A stretch of 35,946 nt of DNA, taken from positions 1 through 35,946 of the forward strand of contig JAZDKB010000026.1 of the NCBI GenBank assembly GCA_043803405.1. The letters run 5' to 3'. Shown here one piece after another: positions 1 through 8,738 of the stretch. The position numbers were made by a program, and so were the translations under genes. This DNA is from Spirochaetota bacterium. GTDB taxonomy: Bacteria; Spirochaetota; UBA4802; JAFGDQ01. Every line of letters starts with the position of its first letter. Within the stretch, counting starts at the first letter, position 1. The notes under the pieces are model-generated. The model did not search any database and had not been told where the DNA came from. It saw nothing but the letters and a program-made list of their open reading frames with translations.

Positions 1-101
1 AACTAATTTATATAAAAAATAAATAAAAATAAATATAAATAGAATTTTAATAAGATGCATATAAAATAAAACAATCTCCTTAATGACTCCGGCTGTATAA
101 A

Positions 102-821
102 TTATTTAATTAATTCGAGCATTTGTTTTACGGCATCGGAAAGCCCGGTAAAAACAGATCTGGAAATTATTGAGTGACCGATGTTCAGTTCAACTAATCC
201 CGGTATTTTTATAACAGGTTTAATGTTCGAATAATTTAAGCCGTGGCCGGCGTTTATCTTTATCCCGATATTCAAAGCATGATCGGCAGCATTGTATATC
301 CTGTCAATTTCTTTATCAATATCGGTTTTTTTAACTGCATTGCAATAACTACCTGTATGGATTTCAATAAAATCGGCGCCGCATTTTTTCGATATTTCGA
401 CAGCTCTTATATCCGGCTCGATAAAAAGTGATACAAGTATATTTTTTTTATGAAATGCCGTTATTGTTTCCGAAATTTTTTTTGCGTTCCTCCGAACATC
501 AAGCCCGCCTTCTGTCGTAATTTCTTTTCTCTTCTCAGGTACAATAGTAACCTGATCAGGTTTGATTTTTTTTGCTATGTTGATTATTTCATCGGAAAGA
601 GCCATTTCCAGGTTAAATGTCCCTTTTACTGTTTCTTTTAACTTAATAACATCTTTGTCCTGAATGTGCCGTCTGTCTTCGCGCAAATGAACTGTAATGC
701 CGTGGCATCCGCTATTCTCACATATTTTTGCGCCTTCAACCGGATCGGGGTATGATCCTCCCCTTGCCTCTCTCAATGTGGCTATATGATCAATATTTAC
801 ACAAAGCAAAACACCTGACAT
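102..821 (-). CDS. pdxJ: Pyridoxine 5'-phosphate synthase
   Basis: VNIDHIATLREAR, GITVHLREDRRHI, NLEMA, EIHTG, NAGHGL and ELNIGHSII motifs; GGAGG RBS upstream. Confidence 0.97.
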   Translation of the reverse strand: MSGVLLCVNIDHIATLREARGGSYPDPVEGAKICENSGCHGITVHLREDRRHIQDKDVIKLKETVKGTFNLEMALSDEIINIAKKIKPDQVTIVPEKRKEITTEGGLDVRRNAKKISETITAFHKKNILVSLFIEPDIRAVEISKKCGADFIEIHTGSYCNAVKKTDIDKEIDRIYNAADHALNIGIKINAGHGLNYSNIKPVIKIPGLVELNIGHSIISRSVFTGLSDAVKQMLELIK

Positions 822-844
822 CAGGATGCCTCCTTATATTATCC

Positions 845-872
845 GAAAGCACCGGGGGCTTGCCCCGGGGAA
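845..872. repeat. GC-rich REP-like / IS200-IS605-end-like hairpin
   Basis: CCGGGG (852-857) - GCTTG loop - CCCCGG (863-868) in an otherwise AT-rich intergenic gap. Confidence 0.5.
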
Positions 873-874
873 TT

Positions 875-1846
875 TTATTTTTCCATTATTTTAATTGAAA
901 TAACATCCGGTAATATTGACACTATTTTTATCCCGGCTTTCTTCGTTACCACCTCTATTGAACAATTTTTTTCAATAAAATTTTCATTCCCGTCGTGAAA
1001 AAAAGCATCCAGATCTTCAGTAATGACATCTGCAAACACATCAACATCCTCTTCGGCAGGTTCCATGTTAGGTACGTCGGATTGCAAATATACGGAAACA
1101 TCTTCCTGGCTCGGGATGTAATTATATTTATCATTCATATTTTTTAATAAAATAATTTTTCTGAATTCGAATAAATTGGCAGATTCAATAATCGGAATAA
1201 TTACCCGTACTTTTGATGTTTCAGCGGTAATATCGGGTAAATCCTTATCACTGATAGCTACATCTTTTATCAGTTTTACGGAAGCATTGGCGACGGAAAT
1301 CCTGTCTGTCCGGACAAAATCAATTCTTTTAATCACAGATTCAGGCCCGCTAATATTGATTGAATCCGGAATAACCATAATTTTCCCTATGATATATCCG
1401 CCGATAACTTTATCAATAATGTTTACTTTTACTTTAACTTTTTTATAAATTTTCCTTTCAACAACAAGTGATACTTCTTTCGCCGATAAAACCAGATCGA
1501 TATTTTCAGGGATTTCTTCCCTGACCACTTCAACCGGATAACTTTTGTTTAGTCCAATCTCCGGCTGTCCAAGGTTCACTACAGCTTTTAGGCTTTTAAT
1601 ATTTATATTCTTTAAACTGTCTTTTCTGCCGGTTAAAGTTGCCGTAATATACTTATCGGATATTCTTGATTTTACCAGCGTTACAGGGAGATTAACAAAT
1701 GAAATGGGAATTTTATACTTTATTTCTCCGATATCGGTACTGCTTAAATACGCCCATAGTATTATAGACAGCAATATACAGATAATCTTTGCTGCTATAT
1801 CTTTGGTGCTGAACAGTTTTTTTAATCCTGGAAAATGATCTTTCAT
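875..1846 (-). CDS. cdaR: CdaR/YbbR-like diadenylate cyclase regulator
   Basis: N-terminal TM helix (KIICILLSIILWAYL), YbbR-type beta-rich repeats (PDSINISGPES), directly downstream of cdaA. Confidence 0.88.
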   Translation of the reverse strand: MKDHFPGLKKLFSTKDIAAKIICILLSIILWAYLSSTDIGEIKYKIPISFVNLPVTLVKSRISDKYITATLTGRKDSLKNINIKSLKAVVNLGQPEIGLNKSYPVEVVREEIPENIDLVLSAKEVSLVVERKIYKKVKVKVNIIDKVIGGYIIGKIMVIPDSINISGPESVIKRIDFVRTDRISVANASVKLIKDVAISDKDLPDITAETSKVRVIIPIIESANLFEFRKIILLKNMNDKYNYIPSQEDVSVYLQSDVPNMEPAEEDVDVFADVITEDLDAFFHDGNENFIEKNCSIEVVTKKAGIKIVSILPDVISIKIMEK

Positions 1847-1853
1847 TTATTTA

Positions 1854-2663
1854 TTATTTAATCGAATATTTATCTTCATAAGCGGTCTTCGGATTCATAA
1901 AGTATAATATTATGTTTTTCATATCCGAAAACTTTATTTTCGGATAAATCTTTCCGTTAACCATGATAGAAATAGCACCCGATTCTTCCGATGCTACGAT
2001 TACCAGCGCATCCGTCTCTTCCGCTATCCCAAGCGCTGCCCTATGTCTGGCCCCGTGATATTTTTTTAGCTGCCTGGAATCGCTTAACGGCAGATAGCAG
2101 GCGGCAGCAGAAATTCTTCCTTCCTGTATTATTATTGCTCCGTCATGAAGAAAAGTGTTCGGATAAAATATCGTCCTTATCAATTCTTCCGATACCGCAG
2201 CATCTATTGTTACGCCCGATTCAACATAACTTCTTAAGCCCGTATTCCTCTCAATCACAACCAGCGCACCGATCTTTAATTCGGCCATAGCGGTGATTGC
2301 ATTCACAAGCTCATCTAGCGGGAATGTCTCGCTGGTAACTGCGTTCGATATCCAGTTCCTCTGGCCGAATTGCGTTATCAGACGTCTTAATTCCGGCTGG
2401 AATAATATCATAACGAGAATTACCACATAAGATGTTATGTTAGTAATGAGCCAGTTAAGAGTATCCAGCTTTAATACATTGGAAAGCAGAGCAACAACAG
2501 CTATTACTATTATGCCTTTTAACAACTGAACAGCCCTTGTATGCGAAAGAAACGTATATGCCCAGTAAAATAAAAAGGAAACAATAATAACATCCAGGAT
2601 ATTCCTGATATAATCCCAGAAAGTCGTTATAAAGTTTACTATGCTGTTAAAATTACTTTCCAT
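1854..2663 (-). CDS. cdaA: Diadenylate cyclase CdaA (DacA)
   Basis: Three N-terminal TM helices, FQPELRR, catalytic HDGA and RHRAA motifs, SEESGAIS. Confidence 0.96.
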   Translation of the reverse strand: MESNFNSIVNFITTFWDYIRNILDVIIVSFLFYWAYTFLSHTRAVQLLKGIIVIAVVALLSNVLKLDTLNWLITNITSYVVILVMILFQPELRRLITQFGQRNWISNAVTSETFPLDELVNAITAMAELKIGALVVIERNTGLRSYVESGVTIDAAVSEELIRTIFYPNTFLHDGAIIIQEGRISAAACYLPLSDSRQLKKYHGARHRAALGIAEETDALVIVASEESGAISIMVNGKIYPKIKFSDMKNIILYFMNPKTAYEDKYSIK

Positions 2664-3480
2664 CTGAAAGCCGGATCCCTTTTAACTTTTCAACTGATTT
2701 TAATGCCAGATAATGCTCTTTTACATCGTGAACCCTGATAATATCGGCGCCGTTTAATGCTGATATTGAATTTAATCCTATAGTCGCAAAAAGCCTGTCT
2801 TCTTCCTTATCGTAAAGCCTGCCGATCAAAGATTTCCTGGAAAGTCCGATTAATACAGGGAAGCCCATTTTTTTAAAATAAGTTATATTATCCAGTATCC
2901 TGTAATTGTCTTCCAGCGTTTTCCCGAAACCTATGCCAGGATCAATTATAATTTTATTTTTAGCGATTCCCGAACACAATGCTTTTTCTTTTGAACTTTC
3001 CAGAAAAATATATATTTCTTCCAACAGATTATCATATTGCGGGTCTGTCTGCATATTCTTAGGGCTGCCTTTAATATGCATTAAAACAATAAACGCGTTA
3101 TGTTTTACCGCTATAGCAGCCATTTTATCGTCAAATGTGAGTCCGCTAATGTCATTAATGATTGACGCGCCAAGTTTAAGAGCCTCTTCCGCTACTTCCG
3201 ATTTATAAGTATCGACAGATATCGGGATACCTATATCGTTTTTAATTGCTTCAATGACCGGGCACACCCTGTCCATTTCTTCGGACACAGAGACAGATTG
3301 AGCTCCGGGCCGCGTTGATTCTCCGCCAATATCCAGTATATCTGCGCCATCCTTATACAACTGATATGCTTTTGCGATTGCTTTCTTACGATCGAAATTG
3401 CGGCCTCCATCGTAAAACGAGTCCGGGGTCACATTCAATATCCCCATAATCAAAGTCTTTTCCCCGATCTCTAAATGCAT
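2653..3480 (-). CDS. folP: Dihydropteroate synthase
   Basis: MGILNVTPDSFYDGG, DIGGESTRPGA, DPGIGFGK, GLSRKS, IIRVHDV. Confidence 0.97.
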   Translation of the reverse strand: MHLEIGEKTLIMGILNVTPDSFYDGGRNFDRKKAIAKAYQLYKDGADILDIGGESTRPGAQSVSVSEEMDRVCPVIEAIKNDIGIPISVDTYKSEVAEEALKLGASIINDISGLTFDDKMAAIAVKHNAFIVLMHIKGSPKNMQTDPQYDNLLEEIYIFLESSKEKALCSGIAKNKIIIDPGIGFGKTLEDNYRILDNITYFKKMGFPVLIGLSRKSLIGRLYDKEEDRLFATIGLNSISALNGADIIRVHDVKEHYLALKSVEKLKGIRLSDGK

Positions 3481-4509
3481 TTAAATAAGCAGCGTTAATG
3501 ATAATGTATTATTATATCCGAAATCAATTTTATCGAACGAAAAAGCATAAGTTATATTCATATTAGCAAATCTCAGTGAAAATCCCGATGAAAAAAGAGA
3601 ATCATTCAATCCAAGGTAAACCGAAGCATTCTTTAAAATATTATACTGAAACCCGAGATTCGCTTCGAATCTTTCCTGCTCCAGCTTTTTAATGCCTGTT
3701 ATCGCTATGATCATGTCGGAAGCCCTGTTTGTAACCGACGCGCCTATTTTAACTGTCGGATACGCAAAACTGTATTCGTTTTTCGTATCATCGTAATTCT
3801 TAACAGGCTTAAGGCCTGTACCGATGTCCTGAATTACAAATCCCATTTTTACAAGAGGGATTAATTCGATCTGTGTGCCTATATCCGCCCCGCAGCCATA
3901 ATACCTGGTTTCCCCGATTGTTTCGTACAGCCCCTTCAGCGAAAAACCCAGTGAAGCAACGCCCGTGCCCCAGCCATACGAAAGATATCCGACCGATCCT
4001 GTATAATTTATATCTTTTATATAATTGCCGCTTTCATCTCTGGATTCAATGTTCCTTGACTGGATGCCGTAATAGCCTATGCCCATAACGCCTTTGAAAA
4101 CATTAAACGCTATACCGGCAAATCCGGCTTCCCTGTCCGCATCAAGAACAGCGGACGATACGCCGATTTGCACAAAGGTTTTGGGATATTCGTCCTCGGA
4201 AAATTTTACAAGATCTTTCTCGCTTATGCTGTCTATGTTCCCGCTGGCAGCCCTGCCTTTTATTTCTTCGGATGTAAGAGCTCCTTTCTGCAAAAGCTCT
4301 CTTAAGCCTGCAGGATTCCAGTATATTGAATATACATCGTCAACAACAACTTCCGCAGCCTTCCCCATCGCCACGTATCTTGCGCCGGCCCAGCCGCCGC
4401 GCGTATACGAAGCCCTTGTACCTGCGTCGTTTTCAGCATAAACATTCATATTTTTAAAAACCAGTATCATTAAAAATATTATGTAAGATATTTTTAATAT
4501 GCTTTTCAA
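3481..4509 (-). CDS. PorV/PorQ (UPF0164, FadL-like) family outer-membrane beta-barrel protein
   Basis: Signal peptide, GARYVAMGKA...SIYWNPAGL plug motif, alternating beta-strands, C-terminal strand; TTG start. Confidence 0.75.
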   Translation of the reverse strand: MKSILKISYIIFLMILVFKNMNVYAENDAGTRASYTRGGWAGARYVAMGKAAEVVVDDVYSIYWNPAGLRELLQKGALTSEEIKGRAASGNIDSISEKDLVKFSEDEYPKTFVQIGVSSAVLDADREAGFAGIAFNVFKGVMGIGYYGIQSRNIESRDESGNYIKDINYTGSVGYLSYGWGTGVASLGFSLKGLYETIGETRYYGCGADIGTQIELIPLVKMGFVIQDIGTGLKPVKNYDDTKNEYSFAYPTVKIGASVTNRASDMIIAITGIKKLEQERFEANLGFQYNILKNASVYLGLNDSLFSSGFSLRFANMNITYAFSFDKIDFGYNNTLSLTLLI

Positions 4510-4514
4510 TTTTA

Positions 4515-4889
4515 TTATCCGTTTATCAATATCCTTATTATTTTTTTGCCGTAGTCTCCGGATGACGTTTCGACAGTAAGTTTAATAATATACAAGCCTG
4601 GCTTAGCTGTTCTGCCATTGCCGTTTCTTCCGTTCCAGATTATAGTCGCCGATGAAGAATATTCCCTTGTAAATACAGAATCACCATTAATATCCATTAT
4701 AACCATTTTTATTTTATTGGTATCCGCAGGAAAGCCGTCTATTTTAAGGCTGTCATGTTTGTTGGGATTAAAAGGGACGGGATAAGCTTTTATGTTATTG
4801 ACATCAAGCGGATATACGTTAGTTATTAATAAACCAAAGCATAAACAAAGAAATATAATATATAATGCTTTTTTAATTTTAAGAGTCAT
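4515..4889 (-). CDS. Secreted stand-alone FlgD-Ig / T9SS C-terminal-sorting-domain-like protein
   Basis: Signal peptide followed by AYPVPFNP...IMDINGDSV...WNGRNGNG...PGLYIIKL, the YPNPF / IYDxxG / WDG / GxYxxK pattern. Confidence 0.75.
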   Translation of the reverse strand: MTLKIKKALYIIFLCLCFGLLITNVYPLDVNNIKAYPVPFNPNKHDSLKIDGFPADTNKIKMVIMDINGDSVFTREYSSSATIIWNGRNGNGRTAKPGLYIIKLTVETSSGDYGKKIIRILING

Positions 4890-5010
4890 CGTTATCCATT
4901 CAAAATAGTATTGGGGAGATAAAGCGCTTTAAATAAAATAATACGCTTCTAATGTTACATAATACTTAACAAACAAAAAAGCATACTATTATGAAGTGGT
5001 CAACAAATAT

Positions 5011-6249
5011 TTATATCTCTACTCTATTTCTTCCATTATTCTTGGCTTTATAAAGCATCTGATCTGAATATTTAACCATATCATCAAGACTATCCATCTT
5101 TTTATTGCAGATGCCGATGCTTACGCTTACTTTAATTATCTCATTCCCTGCCGCGACCTCTGTGTTTGCAATCGTTTCCCTGATTTCCTGAAAAATCTTT
5201 TCCGTATTTTCCGCGCCCATATTGCATGCAAGCACGCAAAATTCTTCGCCCCCGATTCGAGCCACAATATCCGATGCCCTGAACCTGCCCTGTAATATTG
5301 ACGCCACTTTCTTTAAAACCAGGTCACCGGCATCATGTCCATATTGATCGTTGACTTTTTTAAAAAAGTCAACATCCAGCATTGCTGTTGTAATTGTGAG
5401 ACTATTTCTTTTTGAGTTCTCGAATAACTGTCTTCCTACATCATAAAAATACCTGCGATTGTGAATATTTGTCAAATAATCCCTTATTGAAGCTTCCTGC
5501 ACTTCTTTAATATGTTCAATAATTTCAATATTCTGGTTTACTCTGCAGTAAAATTCTTCTGTAAAGAAATCCTTGCTGAAAAAATCGTTTGCTCCGTGTT
5601 TAATGAATCTGGCTGACAGCAGATTATCTCCTGACATTCCAATTATTGACAAGTCTTCCTTGTTGAACTTTATGCGTACCTCTTTTATTAATTGAAGGCC
5701 GTCCATTCCGGGCATATTATAGTCGGTAATTATCATCTTAATATCAGGATTTTCGCCCAGAATTTTCAGGGCTTCATTTCCATCGCCTGCGCCAAATACA
5801 TTGTATTTATGGACTTCTAAAAGATCGCAGACCCTGGTGCGAAATATTTTAGAATCATCCACAACCAGTACTTTAATATCTTTATTCTTATAAACGCGTT
5901 TTATAAGATTAACAACATAACCGAGAGTGTACCCTGTTTCTTTATACACGTAATCAATTATTTTCTTTGATAATATTTTAGTACGGATATCTTCAGATAA
6001 CTCGCTTGTAAAAACTATGGTGGGTAAGTTTTTGGATATTACATAATCGACAATTTCGCCTCCAGGCGCATCGGGCAAATAGAGTCCGACAAGACAAAGG
6101 AAAAACTCCATCCTGTTCTTGTCCAGCAATTCTTTTGCTTCGGAAAAGGATGTTACCAATTTAACATCAAATTGTAATTCGACTTCTATTCTGTTTTTAA
6201 GTATAGTGCTTACTACTTTGCTGTCTTCTACAATGAGTACCTTTGGCAA
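5011..6249 (-). CDS. REC-REC-GGDEF response-regulator diguanylate cyclase
   Basis: Two receiver domains, DYLTNIHNRR, DVDFFKKVNDQYGHDAGD, RASD I-site, GGEEF active site; TTG start with AGGA RBS. Confidence 0.93.
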   Translation of the reverse strand: MPKVLIVEDSKVVSTILKNRIEVELQFDVKLVTSFSEAKELLDKNRMEFFLCLVGLYLPDAPGGEIVDYVISKNLPTIVFTSELSEDIRTKILSKKIIDYVYKETGYTLGYVVNLIKRVYKNKDIKVLVVDDSKIFRTRVCDLLEVHKYNVFGAGDGNEALKILGENPDIKMIITDYNMPGMDGLQLIKEVRIKFNKEDLSIIGMSGDNLLSARFIKHGANDFFSKDFFTEEFYCRVNQNIEIIEHIKEVQEASIRDYLTNIHNRRYFYDVGRQLFENSKRNSLTITTAMLDVDFFKKVNDQYGHDAGDLVLKKVASILQGRFRASDIVARIGGEEFCVLACNMGAENTEKIFQEIRETIANTEVAAGNEIIKVSVSIGICNKKMDSLDDMVKYSDQMLYKAKNNGRNRVEI

Positions 6250-6288
6250 TTTAATAAATCCTGTATGATTATTTTCTGAGCGCTATTA

Positions 6289-6317
6289 ATTTTAACAGAC
6301 ATTGCCGGTAAAGTCAA
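6289..6317 (-). promoter_or_regulatory. Sigma70-type promoter of the diguanylate cyclase gene
   Basis: Minus strand TTGACT (6317-6312) - 17 bp - TAAAAT (6294-6289) with extended -10 TGn. Confidence 0.65.
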
Positions 6318-6342
6318 ATATTTCCTAAAAGTAATTAAATGA

Positions 6343-6371
6343 TTGAAATTGAAATAAATAATCAATAGATT
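6343..6371 (+). promoter_or_regulatory. Putative sigma70 promoter of selD
   Basis: TTGAAA (6343-6348) - 17 bp - TAGATT (6366-6371); predicted start site at or near the selD ATG. Confidence 0.4.
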
Positions 6372-6377
6372 TGTTAC

Positions 6378-7445
6378 ATGAACGATAAATGCGACATCCA
6401 ACTAAATAAGCTAAGACTGACCCAGGCAGTAAAAAGCGCAGGGTGAGCGTCCAAACTGGGTCCGGCGGACCTGAATGAAGTGATGCGCGGGATAAAACCG
6501 GTTTATAACGAAAATGTGATCGTTGGGTTCGAGACTTCGGACGATGCCGGTGTTTACCGGATATCCCCTGACCTGGCGCTTATACAGACTCTTGACTTTT
6601 TTACTCCCATTGTAGATGATCCGTACGATTTCGGACGCATAGCAGCCTGTAATTCCCTGTCGGATATATATGCAATGGGCGGAAAGCCTATTACAGCGAT
6701 GAACATAGTCTGTTTCCCTGTAAAAAAATTCAGCCTTGATATTCTGACCAGGATTCTTCAGGGCGGGCTAAGCATACTGGAAGAAGCGGATGTCCAGCTT
6801 CTTGGCGGACACAGCGTAGAGGATGATGAACTTAAATACGGCCTTTCAGTAACAGGCGGGGTTCATCCGGATAAAGTGCTGCGTAACGTCGGTGTTAAAC
6901 CGGGCGACTCGCTGATCCTTACAAAAGCGCTCGGTACCGGAATAATCGGGACAGCGGTTAAAGCGGAGATGGCAAAAAAAGATGACTTGCAGGCATTCGT
7001 AAAAAGCATGACAACGCTGAACAGCAAAGCATCGGAGATCGCACAAAAGTATATAGTTCACGCATGCACGGACATTACAGGCTTCGGCCTGATAGGACAT
7101 CTTTCCGAAATGCTTTCTTCCGAGAAACTCGAGATAACAATAAACTCGAAAGAACTTCAGTTGCTCCCGGGCGCTGCGGAATACGCGGCCATGGGTCTTA
7201 TCCCTGCCGGGCTGTACAAAAACAGGGACTATATAGGCAACCTGTGCTCCATAGATGAATCCGTAAAGCGTACGCTTGCGGACATTGTCTTTGATCCGCA
7301 GACTTCCGGCGGGCTTTTAATAGCGCTGTCTGAAAAAGAAGCTCCAGCGCTCTTATCAGGGCTAAAATCGAACGGCATCGACACGGCAAGAATAATAGCT
7401 TCGGTAAAAAAATCGGACGAAGCAAGGATTAAAGTCCAGGGATAA
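6378..7445 (+). CDS. selD: Selenide, water dikinase (selenophosphate synthetase), selenoprotein with Sec23
   Basis: ATG 6378 reads MNDKCDIQLNKLRLTQAVKSAG-TGA(6444-6446)-ASKLGPADL in frame with ORF 6480..7445; G-U-x-x-K active site, DDAGVY, DFFTPIVDDP, GGHS, DITGFGL, DPQTSGGLL; 355 aa. Confidence 0.96.
6457..6473 (+). promoter_or_regulatory. Bacterial SECIS element of selD
   Basis: GGGTCC (6458-6463) / GGC loop / GGACCT (6467-6472) hairpin starting 11 nt after the UGA. Confidence 0.8.
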
Positions 7446-7516
7446 AAAAAATTATATAACTTAACAATAACATTTCGGAAAAATTCAACCAGGATTAATA
7501 AAATAGCTTATAACCA

Positions 7517-8326
7517 ATGAAATGCAGATTGTGCGGGAATCAAAACCTTACGCTATATTATACCCAGGGAAATACCGGCCAGTATAAATATTATAAATGC
7601 CATGAGTGCAAACTCGTAAACTATGATATGTCCGGCGGGCTGGATCAGAAAAAATATTCTGCAATGAAATACGTCAGTCCGGAAGACGACCTGCACAAAA
7701 TGAATACTGATCAAAAAGCCGCGTACAAATTTATCCGCGGAAAAATTAAGCAAAGAGGCAGGCTTCTGGATATCGGGTGCGGCAACGGGAAGCTATTACT
7801 TCTGGCGGAAAATGATGGCTGGAATGTTAAAGGCATTGAGCTTTCAGAATCTCTTGCGGGAACTATAACCGCAAGATACGGAATAGAAGTAAAAGTCTCG
7901 GATTTTCTTGAGTATATGCCGGAACAAAACCAGCTTTTTGATATAATTGTTCTAAGGCATGTTCTGGAACATCTTCCCGATCCGGTTGCAGCCATGAAAA
8001 AAATACATTCACTCCTTAAGCCGGACGGTGTCTCTTTTCTTGAATTTCCGGATATTGAAGGATGCGAACAAAAGATAAAACGTTTACTTAAAAAAGCCAG
8101 GTTTCATAAGACAATCTATTATTCAGAATATAAGCCAGGCCATTGCAATGAGTTCTGCAGAAAATCATTTGAATTCCTGCTTATGCAAACAGGCTTTACA
8201 TTATCCGAATGGTGCCATTATTCATCCAGATCTTATTTTAATTTACTTTATAATTTTAGCGGTTTGGGCACAAAAGTCAGAGCGCTTATAAAAAAAAATA
8301 ATGATGTTAATGCTGTGAGTATATAA
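7517..8326 (+). CDS. Class I SAM-dependent methyltransferase with N-terminal CxxC...CxxC motif
   Basis: CRLC...CHEC, LLDIGCGNG motif I, FDIIVLRHVLEHL, LLKPDG. Confidence 0.9.
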   Translation: MKCRLCGNQNLTLYYTQGNTGQYKYYKCHECKLVNYDMSGGLDQKKYSAMKYVSPEDDLHKMNTDQKAAYKFIRGKIKQRGRLLDIGCGNGKLLLLAENDGWNVKGIELSESLAGTITARYGIEVKVSDFLEYMPEQNQLFDIIVLRHVLEHLPDPVAAMKKIHSLLKPDGVSFLEFPDIEGCEQKIKRLLKKARFHKTIYYSEYKPGHCNEFCRKSFEFLLMQTGFTLSEWCHYSSRSYFNLLYNFSGLGTKVRALIKKNNDVNAVSI

Positions 8327-8398
8327 GAGTGCGTCCCAAAACCTGTATATAGTTGTATTGTCTCTTACCGATATCATAATAGTTTTTGGAACACACTT
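8327..8398. mobile_element. 72-bp MITE-like element
   Basis: Imperfect 15-bp terminal inverted repeats (GAGTGCGTCCCAAAA / TTTTGGAACACACTT, 12/15) flanked by TAA on both sides (8324-8326 and 8399-8401). Confidence 0.55.
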
Positions 8399-8426
8399 TA
8401 AGTTATCAACTTTCCACTAAAACATA

Positions 8427-8458
8427 TTGACAATTTCCTTAAAAAAAATAAATATTAC
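8427..8458 (+). promoter_or_regulatory. Possible promoter for selC-selA
   Basis: Perfect TTGACA at 8427-8432; the -10 element is ambiguous in AT-rich sequence. Confidence 0.3.
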
Positions 8459-8475
8459 ATTTATTGTAAAACAAA

Positions 8476-8565
8476 GGAAGAGGATGGGATCTGGTGGTCT
8501 CCCCGGTCTTCAAAACCGATGGCTGTAATTTATTGCAGCGGCAGGTTCGATTCCTGCCCCTTCCG
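8476..8565 (+). tRNA. selC: tRNA-Sec (UCA)
   Basis: GGAAG start, 6-bp D-stem with TGGT loop, anticodon loop CTTCAAA (TCA at 8510-8512), long variable arm GCTGTAA/TTGCAGC, T-arm GCAGG-TTCGATT-CCTGC, G73 at 8565, CCA not encoded; lies between selD and selA. Confidence 0.97.
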
Positions 8566-8738
8566 CATTTCTTAATAGCAACTGACAAGATGAGCCTGTT
8601 AATTTGAGTATAACCGGCAGCTTATATTGCCCGAACCGGGAAATTATTATAAAAGTTTTCGATCAGCGGGGACGTATCGGATTACGTTCCAAATATTTGC
8701 CCAATAGTTAAAATTAACTTTTTACCGGATGAACAACT

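Noticed and set aside
1..70. Extremely AT-rich window ends (also 35890-35946)
   Set aside because: Low-complexity intergenic sequence or probable contig ends, with no defined repeat or function
6480..7445. ORF-track selD start at GTG 6480, or a pseudogene call
   Set aside because: It lacks the catalytic N-terminus; the in-frame UGA, the SECIS and selABC in the locus support Sec read-through
8566..8738. Integrated element or small ORF downstream of selC
   Set aside because: No integrase and no duplicated tRNA 3' end; only a roughly 35-codon frame without RBS or recognisable motif
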